From Eledone cirrhosa (taxonomy: Eukaryota), in the NCBI GenBank assembly GCA_964016885.1, contig OZ024743.1, positions 289,974,001 through 290,038,000 of the forward strand: a stretch of DNA of 64,000 nucleotides, in the 5' to 3' direction. A program made the translations under genes and the position numbers. Below are positions 27,721 to 40,973 of this stretch, in pieces. The first letter of the stretch is position 1, and every line of letters starts with the position of its first letter. The notes under the pieces were generated by a model. It saw only the letters and a list, made by a program, of their open reading frames with translations, ran no database searches and was not told the origin of the DNA.

Positions 27721-30383
27721 GAGAGTAACTTGGAGTTACTATAGGTTCACCCGTGTGAGAACTCGATGTTTAGGTTCACATCAGTGTCGATGTGTAGAGC
27801 TAGACAGATTGTATTATAGTGAAATAAAATAAAACAAGGACGATTGGTTACTCCTTCATTATGTTTATTGGTTGGTGACGCGCGTTTTGCCACTGATCAG
27901 CTCAAGGTTTGATCTGTATCGATCTAGCCCGACTCTGTAATCCACGGCTCGTCAGACCCCTTACAATGGTAATGGAAAAATGATGATAAATGGCGTATGA
28001 GAAAGTCTGATGGTGGTCAGTGAAATTTGATTTGATTGGTAGGTTAATTCAGAGGTTTGATTTTGCCTGTAGTGTATGCATGGGGGTGGGGGTGGTGATA
28101 AGTTGGGGGTGCCGGGTGTAGGTTGAGGTGGGTCGCGGTGTAGGGTGCTGGTTGTCGCTAGACAGTTTGGCACATAGATGTGGATGACTTATTTGTGTGG
28201 TGTTGGTGTGGTCGTGTTGCGGTTTATGATACTGGATGAAAGGTTGCGGTGTTTATGGTGGGGTGTTATGTGTAGTAGTGGATTCTTAAGGGGGCTTATG
28301 TTATAAGGAGTTATTGATAAGAGTGTATGTAAAAGCATATATATACATATATACAGGCAGACAGACATATTATATACATACACATGTGTATATATATAGC
28401 CAGTGTGGATACGTGATGTGGGTGAGTGAACAAACATACGTTCACACAGACACACACACATGCGGTGTTTAGGGTGGGATGTTAGGTGTGGTATGTATTG
28501 GTGAAGTTGATGGTTGTGGATGTATGGCGATGTGTTTGGTGGTGGGGGTGGGGGTGATGGGTGCGACATGATATTTACAGGATCGAATGTTACGATGGCT
28601 TACAAGTTAAAAGCTCAAGAAAAAATAATGGTAGTGAAATGAGAGATGGTGTGATAAGGTATTGGTGATTATCCCTATCTTGATTTCGAGCTAGGGTTTG
28701 TCCATGGCACATGGCCGAATGTCTGGGCGGCGAAGGTGTTGATGATGTTAATGGTTGTGGATATATGGCAATGTGTTTGGTGGTGGTGGTGGGTGAGTGC
28801 GGCATGACGTTTACAAGATCGGAACTTACAATGGGTTACATGTTAGAGGAAACAATGGTACTGAGATGAGGGACGATATGGTAAGGCAAAGGCGATTATT
28901 GCTATGTTGAGTTCAAATCAGGGTTAGTCGTTGGCCCATGGCCGAATGTCTGTGGAGAGAAGGTATTCTTCCTGGTGTGTCTGCAGTTTATTATTATGTC
29001 TCAACTCGAGTTTATGGCCGATTTCAACTTAATGATCTATGCCGCCTCGGCCAGGCATAACCTGCAGTGGTTTCTGCCGTTGAGGAGTTGGGCCAGGAGT
29101 CCCTCAACTGGCCATTTGACCTTGTATTCCATGTTCTTGTATTTGAGGTCACAGATCAAGTCCGCCAATCTGGTTTAGGAGCGTTTGGGCCTGTGGTTGA
29201 AAGAGCTTTTGTGGTTATACCAACGCTCTTTAAATGTAGTCGAGGTCGCCCCTATGTAGGAGTACTCTTTTCGGCCGGCTCTGACATCACACTGGTAAAT
29301 AATGTTTTTTCGAGGCACTCCCCGTTCAACGGGCATTCCTCCATTTTTTTCAGTTGCAGTTGAGTGTTATGGGTTTGTTGTTAGGTTGCCGGTTGTTCGA
29401 ATTATGTATGGAGATAGCATGTAGTTGGCTGTTTTGGTGTGTTGTCTGTGCGGCTTTGTTTTGGGTTGTGCTAGTAGTTGGTTGTGGTGCTTGCATGTGT
29501 TTGCGCATTTTTGTCCTATTTGTGTATGCTATCGTGTCGCTTAGATTTGGTGTTGTGGAGAAAGGGAATTTGACAGTGTGCCTATTAAAGAGCCTGTGGT
29601 ATTTATGTGTGGGTGTGAAGGATTGGTAAAGATTTCTGAAGAAGGTTCCCGCTATATTGGTGGCAACGTGTATTGAGTATTGGGCGTTGTACTATGTCAC
29701 AGATCTGCTCCGGGCTTTACGGTATTTAGTGCGGTTATTGTGGCTTGGTAGGTGTGTGGGTGCCTTTTGGTCAGGCGTATTTGTCATGGGAGTTCCTGCT
29801 ATTCTATTGCATTTTAGTCTAAGGTCTCTATTACTACGTAGTCGTGTGCGACATTCGAAGTCCTTACGGGGCTTGGAGTGTATAGCTTTATCTCCTTGGC
29901 AGTTGTATGTATCACTGCCTGTCCTGCCGGCTAAGGGTGGCTTTTGTTTGGTATTTATTCTAGGTGGGTTGTCATCGTCTATTTGCGTTTCTAGGGGTCG
30001 GTGTGGGTTTAGCGGCGTTACCTTTGGTCGCTGTAAGCTATCTTCTTATTGTACCCAGCCCTTTCAAGTACGGAGTTATAGCATTCCGCGTGCTGTTTGA
30101 AGATAGTTCTGTTCTGTTCTCCGGCGGGGTGGACACTCTGTGGGAAATACACTTAACTATTAGCTCTGGACAGTAAGCTCCAAGTAAGATTGTAAGTTAT
30201 ATGATTATCTTAGATGTCCCACATGTGGCCCGAAAGTGTAGTAGCATGTCACCGGACCGGGTTTCGGAACGTATGTCGGTGTTGGTAGAGCCGGGTCTTA
30301 AAGTCACAAGCGGTTAATCCTATATAAGCTTTGTTGGAGGTGTCCGTCCTCACGTTGCACTGATAGATCACGTTAGGTTTTCG
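27721..30383 (-). mobile_element. Penelope-like element 3 (Naiad-like), degenerate; RT core absent, two GIY-YIG segments, 3' UTR repeats and HHR-bearing pLTR
   Basis: Minus strand: NVIYQCNV...YIGLTACDFKTRLYQH (~30165-30383); YNSVLERAGY; YNAQYSIHVATNIAG...LFNRHTVK; CPLNGECL..NIIYQCDV...YIGATSTTFKERWYNHKSSF...CRLCLAE...CRH (~28960-29340). Confidence 0.8.
27874..27958 (-). ncRNA. Type I hammerhead with extended stem II (family E, PLE3 pLTR), G12A-mutated
   Basis: GGT CTGACGA GCCGT...GTGGC AAAA CGCGCG TC ACC. Confidence 0.65.
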
Positions 30384-30500
30384 GCAACGTGAAATAAAGT
30401 GTCTTGCTCAAGGACATAACGCATCACCCGGTCCGCGAATCAAACTTAAAACGTCACGATTGTGAATCCAAATATGTTACCTCTCAGCCACGCGCCTTCT
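30384..30500 (-). mobile_element. tRNA-derived SINE, 5' part
   Basis: Minus strand GGCGCGTGGCTGAGAGGT (A-box-like), degenerate B-box, then GTCCTTGAGCAAGACACTTTATTTCACGTTGC. Confidence 0.65.
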
Positions 30501-30625
30501 TTCAGCCCCCATCTTTTGGTCCTAAGCATATAGATAATCTATTATACTTCAAATGTAATATATATATATTACATTTGAAGTATAATAGATTATCTCTATG
30601 CTGAGGACTGAAAGATAGAGCTGAA
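30501..30625. repeat. ~125-bp palindrome centred on (TA)n
   Basis: AGATAATCTATTATACTTCAAATGTAATAT/ATATTACATTTGAAGTATAATAGATTATCT perfect core with imperfect outer arms. Confidence 0.85.
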
Positions 30626-31089
30626 CATTTTATTATAAATATAGTAAAAATATACCTTGAAGATGTATTTTTGCATACTTAAAATTATATTTGATCCATA
30701 CACTAGCTTTTATAGACTGTTGTAATGATTATGTCGTATGTTAATCTGTCAGTATATGACATGTCGTGCATTATACTTAAATTCGTTATAGCAGCATTTT
30801 TCTTTATACCAGCTTGATTTTAAGTCTTTTAATGCTTCTCGCTGCTCATTCTTAAATATATTTATATGATCGTGCTTTTCAAGTGATTCTTGCTTTCCTC
30901 TGTTATATCAATGTTAATATCTATTATTTTTGGTGTGTTCCCATATGCGGTATCCCCAGAATGTTCTTAGACAAGGTTATCTGTGTTCTAACTTTTGATT
31001 TACACCCCGACATAATCGGCCTTGTGCTTGGATGAAACGATCGTTAGCAATTAAATGTTCTTAAACCCTCTTTGATTGTTATTTATAAA

Positions 31090-31155
<66 letters not shown>

Positions 31156-31499
31156 CGTGTAAAATTCCCGAGATCCATGTTCCAGTTCTCTCTAGTGGTC
31201 TCTGTCCCTCATCATCGCTGCAATGTTGAATCATGTTGGGGGTGTGGGAACGGAGGAAATGTATTAAAAAGTGAAATGACAGAGGTCCAAATATGTTGAA
31301 TTTTACTTAATTATTTATTTCTGCCAAAACTATGCATATTTCAGTAGCCAGATTGCGTATGATCCCGGTAACATCTTCAGGTGTAAATTGTGTAATAGAT
31401 GTATACCAACGGAATTATGGCAAACAAGCTGATAAATATTTTTGACCCAGAGACGAACGAAGCAACATGCAGTTCACACACACACACGCACACGCACGC

Positions 31500-31544
<45 letters not shown>

Positions 31545-31545
31545 T

Positions 31546-31625
<80 letters not shown>

Positions 31626-31664
31626 ATATCCATATATATCCATATATATCCATATATATATATA

Positions 31665-31897
31665 TTTAAAGGGATGTCAACATGAAAGGACCTATTATTT
31701 TTATCTAAAGACATTTTTTCCAATTCTATCCCGCCCGTCCCCTTAATCTATTTAATTTCTAATTCTCTCTTCTGATGAAGGACTAGCGTCCGAAACGTTA
31801 AGACCCTGTTCCTGCTATATCAAGCGTTAACCTAATATATACCTTCCATATACTGTACCGATTGTGTTGTTATTTCTTTATTTCTGTTTACCTTATA
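31665..31897 (+). mobile_element. Family A solo pLTR-like repeat between (TA)n tracts
   Basis: Homologous to ~50830-51025 (+) and ~51720-51905 (-). Confidence 0.7.
31768..31803 (+). ncRNA. Minimal type I hammerhead (family A), intact core
   Basis: TCTT CTGATGA A GGAC-tagc-GTCC GAAA CG TT AAGA; palindromic ACGT stem III, GUU triplet. Confidence 0.8.
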
Positions 31898-31969
31898 CAT
31901 ATATATATACATACATATATATATATATTTAAAAAAAAAATGAAAAAAAAAACCCTCACTTTCTAATAA

Positions 31970-32116
<147 letters not shown>

Positions 32117-32120
32117 ATAT

Positions 32121-32490
32121 TATTAGAAAGTGAGGGGTTTTGTTCTTTTCATTTTTTTTTTAAATGAAAAATAACCGAGGTGTCCTACACGAGTGAAAGT
32201 ATAAAGAAAAAAAGATGAAATCGAAAATTCAACTGGAACCTTATTAAAAAAAAAACATATATATTTATTTGGTTCCTTTACCTGTTTCGCAGTTCTCGTG
32301 TTTTTAAAAGTTGAGTTGAGGTGGAGGGTCTGTCGTTTTTCTCACATCTGTGAGAAAAACCACAGACCCTCCATCTCAACTCTACTTTTGAAAAGCAGAT
32401 GTTCTGCGAAACCAGTAAAGGAAACAAATAAATATATATATATTTTTTAAAATAAGACTCCAGTTGCATTTTCGATTTCATCTTTTTTTT
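32121..32490. mobile_element. Family C inverted pair (centre near 32347)
   Basis: ~32208-32346 is the reverse complement of ~32350-32490; homologous to 401-630. Confidence 0.75.
32385..32420 (+). ncRNA. Minimal hammerhead with U3-A8 core variant (family C)
   Basis: CTT TTGAAAA GCAGA-tgt-TCTGC GAAA CCAG TA AAG. Confidence 0.6.
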
Positions 32491-33399
32491 TCTCTCTCTC
32501 TTTCTCTCTCTATATATATATATTTATTAAAATAACAGATTAAAGTTTAAGCAAAGAATCGCTGCTTTCACCCTTAACGGGATATTCTGAAACTAACAAA
32601 GTCAATCTGTAAACGCAGAAGTGGATATTTCAAAAAACGTTGCAACCGGAGGAAGACAGGAAGACGAGACTTTGGTTCGTGGAAACGTTACCTGGCAAAG
32701 AACGGGAAAAAACGAATATAATACGTCATTAATAGGAGCGGTGAAAAACAATTAAGGTATAAAAGAAGTCGTAGACTAATGTTCTCTTAGGTGGTTCATA
32801 GAGACGGCAATGAACGAAAAAAAAACGAAGATAATACGTCATATGTAGACCGTGAAGAACAATTGCACGCAAATGTATATGGTACAGTGGTCTTCGGTTG
32901 ATCGTACCTGAATACTCATCATCGAAACCGGCGGAGAACTATTATGTTATCAACTTAATTATACACATATAACCATCTTTGAAATTATACATTCAGTCAT
33001 TTTAATATTTCTTTGTCTCTATTAATGAAATATTGCTAAAATGAAGTATTAATAATGTTTGCTAAAAAATAAAAAAAGGCAGATTTGTATGCGAGTAGTT
33101 AAAGAGATGTGAATTGTAAAAATGTCTATATTAAAAATGATATTATTTGTTTATAATAATACTAAGTCTGGAATTGAATATGTGTTGTTCTAAAAGCATT
33201 TAGTGCATTTCACATTTAGATTTATAAATATTTCATATACATCCTTCCTTTAAATATTATATATTTTTCTTGTATTGTATATATATATTTGTGATTGAAA
33301 TTGTTGTTTTCGATGCTGTTACTATTGGTGTTGTTGCAGTTTTTCATTATTTTTCTTGCTACTCAATATTGGCATGCAAACTGTTACTTTCTCCTCCCC

Positions 33400-33700
33400 A
33401 CTTCATCAACATAATAATCACTAGAATCGGTGTTTTCATTATAATTGTAGCAGTCATCATCGTTGCCGTGATCTACATCATCATAATTGTTATCATTACT
33501 ATCACCACCACCACCATCGTTCAATCACCATCAGCAGAAGCAACAGCACTACCGTCATTAAACATCCACCACCAGCACCACCAACAACACCATCACCACA
33601 ATAACCACCATAAAAACAACAACAATCATCATGGACATTGTTATGCTTCTTACCATTCCTCTCATCACCATAACGCCTTAATCTTCTAATTATAATATTC
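33400..33700. repeat. Degenerate (CAT/CAC/CAA)n low-complexity region
   Basis: Trinucleotide periodicity. Confidence 0.7.
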
Positions 33701-34489
33701 ATTTTCATATATTGTTACAGATATAGTTGTTTATCATAGTTATATTATGGCAGCTTCTCTTTACTGCTATAGATTTTCAGCGAGTGAATCGCTTTCTAAA
33801 ACTAAATATTCTCGTATCACTCGCTACGTTCTGCAATTTGACGACACACAACGCTAATCTACATTTTAACATTATTCTTCAGCAACGGTATCTGAAGTTC
33901 GATCTTTAGTTGAAAAGTATATTAAATGACACGAGATTGCGTACGCAAGTCATCATTTGGTGTATAATATCAATGAAAGAATACATAATATTACCAAAAG
34001 TACGCAATATCGAGAAGAAAACGTAAAACAACCAGTTCGGTGCCAACTGGCGGAATAGTATGAGGCTTCTGTAAAAATATCTGATATTTCAGCTCAGGTG
34101 GATTAGAACCGGGACAATGTTTCGAACAGTAGGGCTAATATCATTATGAAATAATATCAGTGGATACAATATATAGAAGGTGGCGCAAATTGAGCAGACT
34201 GAGAGCAGGCTTTCAAACCTAGCATCCCGAATATTATGAGGCGTTCGCATCCATCTACCAGCCTGATAACCAGGATTTACAGCTTCTATATTTGCTCTCT
34301 ATAGATATCGGGAAGTACGAGGAGATATTGAGCACACATGAATCAAATGATTGCTGTGTTCCGGGACATCTGCAATGTTAAATGTCTCCATGTCATTGGC
34401 GATACAGCAGAAGCTCCGAGTAAGTCATAGCTAGTTCGATATGGAAATAGAAGAATCGTAGTTTCGACATAAAAATCTCTCCGACATGC

Positions 34490-35035
34490 TCGGTGGGTGA
34501 CGACAGCTTTCAATATCCTGGCCGTGCTAAGTTATGCAATTTTATCGAGCAGCTGTCGTGGCATGTGAAACATGTACGCCTATCAGCCAAGTGCATCGTA
34601 ACGCACACTCCATCATTTACTTTGGCCCAGGTGGTGCAGGGAATTTTCCTCTGCCAGGTATCTATGGCGAAAGAGGAAAATCAAGGTGTGGAGAGAAGTG
34701 TTGCCTTCCAACCAGTTTGTTGAACGGTAGGTGAGAGTGGTGAGCATGGTCCATGTTCATGGGTCTGCCTTGAGCATACGCCTGTAGATTCGAGTAGAAA
34801 GACTGGGAGAGGACACTTCACCTAGCGTAGAGGGTGACCGTGGCTTTGGTGGGATTTATACACGAGTGACTGTTAGAGTCTAATCACCTTTGGGGAAGTT
34901 GTTATGTTTGTTTTAAATGTTTATTTTATTAGTTTCTTTTATAGATTGTATGTTACTCAAAGAAAAACCCAAACTATATCATCCTGTATTGTCTTTAATG
35001 TTTCCTTAATGTAAGCCCTGTATAGCTAATAAAGG
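34490..35035 (+). mobile_element. 3' end of an L1/Tx1-like element
   Basis: KRKIKVWREVLPSNQFVER*..MVHVHGSALSIRL* parallels the C-terminus at 24657-24780; T-rich UTR ending AATAAA. Confidence 0.45.
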
Positions 35036-35061
35036 AATCATTATTATCATCATTATTGCTA

Positions 35062-38000
35062 TTTTGTAGACTCAGCCATTGATGCTATTCAACTGGAAAG
35101 TTTGTTGAAATGAACATCAAGCTGCTACCTGCAGCCTCTGATATTTAGAACTTATCAGAGGTTATAAGGTATTGCTGTTCCCAGCAAGCATGCCTTTTGA
35201 AGTGTTCGAAAAAAGCGGCTGGACTAATGTTATTTAACCATCAATGAAAACCCTTAGAGATAGCATCTAGTGCTCCTATGTCAATCGGGACGACCTTGAT
35301 CTCATGACAGTCCCATGACAGTCCCAAATCCTTTTTAATACTGTAAAACCCTGGTATCGGATAATTTTCTCCTTCTCCTTTTCTTGCACTCTTGTATCAA
35401 AAAGGCAGGTTACAAATACAATCAGGCACGATTTTTTTCCCCTGTCCAAAACCACCAGGTCAGGCATATTATGTTCTTATTTCTTGTCTATTTGTATCCT
35501 TCATTCCATAGCACCTTCACTTGATCTTTTTCTATCACCGACTTCTTAGAATGTGGTAAATTATTTAGTTTGTATAAATACCAGTAAATCACCTTTCCTA
35601 TTATATCATGCCTCCAGCCTTTATAGTGAGTCTGGGTTAGGTGTTTACACTCGCATACGATGTGAGCCACAGTTTCCCTTCTCTCTCCCCAGATCCTACG
35701 GAGTGAGTTAGCACCCTCCTTGTCAATATGGTGTTTCACCCACTTCGTTCTGAGGGCTTTCTCTTCTGCAGTCATTAGCATTCCTTCTGTAGCTTTTTTA
35801 AGGTCACTTCTTTTTAACCAGCTCCATGTCTCTGGATCTCTGAGTTACGTTTTCTTAAAGAAGGTGCTATGGAGGGATTTTTCATGAAGGTTGCTCCTTC
35901 CCCTTGTTATTTCCTCCATCGTCATCCCCTGTTCTATAGTGTTCTCCTTCAGTACAACTTTGAGCATTGGCTACCTACTTTCAGATACATATTTGTACAG
36001 ACTTTTTTCCTCCATCTAAACACTGTCCTCTATGCTGATAAACCTCCTACACCTTAATATCTCTTTAAGTAGAGTCTATGAAATCACACATCTTGTGGAA
36101 CATGCTGTAGGTAGTCATTAGCTTCCGAGTGTTTCTATCAATTTCTTTTTGTTCAGTAACCTTCCATTTCAGAATTCCCGCAGTGTACCTAATAATAGAG
36201 ACAACTCGGGAATTTACCGCACTTATGACATTCCTACAATTTAGATGTGATTTTAGCATGTTTATTACTCTCCTTATGCATTCAGATCTTATCAATTCCT
36301 TCATTTTATTGTTCTTCATGTCATCTTCCTGCAGAACACCCAAACATTTGTATCTCTCTTCAGTGTCGATCTCCCTTATCATCTCACCTGTTGTTACCTG
36401 GATTCCGTTGCTTCCGTTCAATTTACCCCCTCTTCATCACTATGACTCCACACTTATTAACACCAAATTCCATAAATATATCATTGCTGAATATATGGAC
36501 AGTGTTGACAAGTACATCCAATTCCTACTCAATTTTCCGAAAGAGTTTTAGATCGTCTACGAAGAGGAGGTGGTTGATGGTTATCTCTCCTCTTCCCATC
36601 TTGTATCCTGTTTTCACTTTTCGCAATATGAGGGACAAGGGTATGAGGTTAAGGACCAACAACAAAGGGGACAATCTATCTCCCAGGAAGATACCTCGCT
36701 TGATATTCACGCCTCCCAAGGATTCTCCACCTGATATTAGCTCTGTTTCCCTGGACTTCATACCTTTACATAATTGCTATCTGATTTTGTCTGCCACCTT
36801 GAAGATCTCTAGGCTTTTGGTTATCCAAGAATTCGGAACCATGTCGAACACCTTCTTGTAATCTATCCACCCCATGGCAAGATCAGTATGCCTCCTCTTG
36901 CAATTACTCATGACCATCTTATCAATACGTAACTGGTCCTTTGTACCATGAGACATCTTTAGGCATCCTTTCTCTTCGTCAGGCAATAATTTGTTTATAT
37001 GGAGTTGATAGTAGATTTCCACAAACACAATGCTTGTTAGCAGCTTCCCTATTACGGACAGCCATGTAATAGGCCTATAGTTGATAACCTCATTACCCTT
37101 GATTCGGTCTTTCATTACCAGAACTGTGGAACCTTTTGTCAACCTCTCTGGTACTTCACCCGACCCCAAGCAGTCATTGAACATGGCTGTCAGTGTTGGG
37201 TGGAGGATGTTATATTTTGTATCCAATATCCTTGCACACCGTCTGGGCCTGGTGATTTCCAGTTGGTTAGTCTATTGGCCTTCTTTTTAAGAGTTTCAGC
37301 TGTGATACTCAAATAAAGTTGTTAGTGTGCTTGTTCACTAATCACTTTTTTAACTGTCTCAATCTATACTGCCTGACTATTATGTTCAACATCCTATTCT
37401 CATATTCCTCTCCAGAATGCCTTAGTCTGTTCAGTTTCAGGGGTCACGTCGTTACCTCTTTCTTTCCCATGAAGCTGTTGAAATAACATCTTCTGGTTGT
37501 TGTCAAACATGCGGTTTTGTCTATACTGACTCATACAGTTCTCATATTTGTGTTACTATGCGTTGCTGCAGTTCCTCTATGATAACATTTAGCTATTTTT
37601 CTTTAGTGTTGTATTTTATTTTCAATCTATCATCAGTGTCTATATTTTGTAATGTCCCATTTAGTAAAGTCTCAAGCTTTCCAATGTCTTTTCTCATTTC
37701 CTTGATTTGACCTATCTGTCGCTTCTTCCACCAATGCTCTGTTCTTTCTTGTTTGTTGTTTCCTTTCGTTTTTTATAACAAGTACTTTTTTCACCACATT
37801 TGCTGTTGCTTTGAGGATGTTGTTGCATTGGTGAAGGTTCTTCGCCTGCAGGTATTCGATGACCCTGTTTATCTTAGCTGTCGTTTTTGTTAACTTTTTC
37901 CTGTCTACACATCTTAGGTTAAAAGATTTTCCACTATCACTGTTCATTCCATCTACCACTAAGTTCAGAATATCAACAAAATCTTGCTCTAGCCCGTCAA

Positions 38001-38545
38001 CATTCATTTCCTCAATGGCCGTAACTTTGATTCAGATGTTATTTATTTCAGCATTCAGATCATTGTCTGCTTCGGTTGCTTCCTCAGGTCTCTCAACCTC
38101 TTCACCCTCATTTCCAACTAGCTCATTTGACTGATTTACCACACTCTCCATTTCCAACCCAATCTCTGTGCTTATTTCCTCCAGTTCCAACTCACTCATC
38201 CATCCATTAGATCTTATTACACGAGCCTGACCGGCCAATTTTTGTTCACCTGATTCAAATAGACCAATCTCGTTTCAGATGATATGCGTCCGTTTCCTAT
38301 AGCATTTTTTAATCTTCAGGTAACAATTCATGACATTTCTATTCAATTATTTCGTCCAGTTGGTTCTTGCCCCATTCCTTATTCTTCCTCTAACACCAGT
38401 AGTATTTGGATGACAGCCAGGTTCCTGATGCTGGGTCAGGTAGCATTTGCTGGGTGAGAGTCTTTCACATGAAGTTCCAGCCTTCTTTTCACCCTTATTC
38501 GAACTGCTTAGGTTCGACATTTAAACACTCATATCGAGGATTAGT
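35062..38545 (-). mobile_element. Older, degenerate, near full-length R4/Dong-like RLE retrotransposon (same family as 58785-62326)
   Basis: Fragmented ORFs: [72 protein letters not shown]; 3' end abuts a decayed (ATT/ATC)n. Confidence 0.92.
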
Positions 38546-38659
38546 GAATTTAAGGTTGCATCATCACCAGTATTTTCAGTTTGACCTCATTATGTTAAAA
38601 AAAGATAAAAAAATACGTTCCAGGGCTATTTATGTGGCATTTATCTGTCATTATTTTTG

Positions 38660-39240
38660 AATTGGCAGTATCGGAAGAGGGTTGGACGCCATGCTTTCTA
38701 GCATAGTTACGTCCCTTTACAGTCTGAGTTCAAATCCCGCCGAGGTTAAAGTACCACTAATATACTGTGTATTTGCTGGCCTTGTGCAAAAAGTAGAAAC
38801 AATTATTATTATCTTGCGGTGACTTGGCAGTATCGGTAGAGGGTCGGACGCCATGCTTTGACGCATTGAGTTACGGCCTTTGCCATTCTAAGTTCAAATC
38901 CTGCCGAGGTTACCTTTGCCTTTCATCCTTACGGGGTCGATAAAATAAAGTACCAGTAACGTACTGGGTATTTGCTGACCTTGTGCCAATAGTAGAAACA
39001 ATTATTATTATCTTGCGGGATCGATAAAATAGAATCCCAGTAATACACTAGGGAAATTGCTGGCTCTGTGCCAAAATCAGAAACAACCACCATTATCATC
39101 AGCATCTACCATTTATGGTCTGAGCACAAATCATGCCGACGTCAACCCCGCTCTTACCTCTACGGGGTCGAAAAGACACAGCACCAGCAATTCACTGAAG
39201 CAATCGCTGGCCCTCTGCCAAATGTAGAAACAACCATTAT
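38660..39240 (+). mobile_element. Cluster of tandem tRNA-derived SINE copies and fragments
   Basis: TTGGCAGTATCGGTAGAG (A box), GTTCAAATCC (B box), GCCTTTCATCCTTACGGGGTCGATAAAATAAAGTACCAG body, ATT tails. Confidence 0.8.
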
Positions 39241-40087
39241 CGTCAGGATCATCACTATCAACATCAACAAATCCTTATCATCTGATTTATCAGTGGTAGT
39301 AGCGGTAGTGTTGGTGGTGAAGTGGGTGGGTGTCATTGCAATGTTTGAATGTCTGACTTTTTGTTCTTTCCTTTTTATCTTTTTTCTTCAAGGCCACTAA
39401 CATCAGTCACTAGTTTTGTTGTTGCTGCTGCTGTTTTTGATTTCATCTAAGCTAAGCAACGAGTACTGTTGTTGCTGGTGTTGCTCCTGTTTGATTACGT
39501 TAAGAAGTATATATATACATGATAGGGGATGCCTTTTACACCACATGTTACATCCATATGTCTATTACCAGCAACATACCGCGTAATTCATGACTTTGTA
39601 TTCCTACCACAATAGAAACTATCAATTATTTGACGATCATTCACTTACTTTAGCGAAAGGAAATATCTTTAGTAGCTTTAAATGGAATGATCTAATAATG
39701 TAGTTTAAAACGAACACCTGGTATCACTAATGTCATAAATTGTTGCTAGAACAGTTATGTAAAGCAAATTTTAAGAGAAATCTTACAGAGACAAAAGCCT
39801 TCAGAAAAAGTATTGAAGATGCGGAAATCAAACGTAATTGAGACAGCATGATATATCTATGTGTTGTAATGGATTTCCGAATGACTGAGCAATAAGCAAT
39901 ACGTCTTTAACGGGTTAAGGTATATTTCATGAAACATTATATACTAAAAATAAATGGAGAATTTCAGATTAATTTTGTTAATAGAGAGACTAGAATGTCA
40001 GGGTTCGTTATGCTTTCGTTTCCATATGCATTGTGAGATAAAACATACTGTACACTTATGTGTATAGCCCGACCAGAGTTATTCATT

Positions 40088-40278
40088 CGGTGGATTGGCA
40101 GTATCGGTAAAGAGTCGGACACCATGCTTTGCAGTATAGAGTTACGGCCCTTTACGGTCTGAGTTAAATCCCACCTTGGTTAACTTTGCCTTTCATCTTT
40201 ACCGGGTCGATAAAATAAAACAGCTTAATGTACTGGGATAATTACTGGCCTTGTGTCAAAAGTAGAGACAATTATTAG
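40088..40278 (+). mobile_element. tRNA-derived SINE, full length
   Basis: Same A/B boxes and body as 38815-39012. Confidence 0.8.
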
Positions 40279-40756
40279 TATAAGTGTGAACGCGTGCAAC
40301 CTAGTGGTTAGGGTGCTAGCACACATATCGTACGGCTGCGATTTCAATTATAGGAAAAAAACGCGCGTTGATTAAGGTAAAATCTATTTATTGCCTCTTG
40401 GCTGAGAACAAATAAAGTTGAAGTGATGCTAACGAAATGAATGTATATTTCGCTTTTCTGTAATAAAAGACAGAAAGGCCAGGAATTAGGTACAAAAGAC
40501 GACAAATATAAAAAAGTAAACTGCATAGATGGCATCCCACTTGAAATAATTATTTTCGTTACTCCAATTTAAAAATCTTTTGTCAATAGAAGAATATATT
40601 ATTTATATATCCATGACCAAAATATCTCATGAAGTTGTCTGCACATGGATCGTTCTTCTCATAGGGCCAATTCTGCAAACGAGCAGTCAACTGTGCAGGA
40701 AATTATCCCATTTTCGCGACAAAGATGCTGCCAAAGGGAACGATATTATTAAATAA

Positions 40757-40938
40757 TGGATTGGCAGTATCGGTAGAGGGTCGGACGCCAAGCATAGAGC
40801 TACGGCCTTTGCAATTCTGAGTTCAAATCCCGCCGATGTTAACTTTGCCTTTCATCCATACGGGGTCGATAAAATAATGTACCAGTAATACACTGGTATA
40901 ATTGTTGGCATTGTGACAAAAGTAGAACCAATTATTAA
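40757..40938 (+). mobile_element. tRNA-derived SINE, full length
   Basis: Same family; GAGTTCAAATCC B box. Confidence 0.8.
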
Positions 40939-40973
40939 ATAAGAATCATTTAAATTCAAATTTGGAAACAAAT

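Noticed and set aside
32885-32942. GAAA CCGG motif with upstream CTGAATA
   Set aside because: No UH triplet and no consistent stems I and II
38660-40938. A-box/B-box sequences as tRNA genes
   Set aside because: No cloverleaf; followed by a shared SINE body and ATT tail in multiple diverged copies
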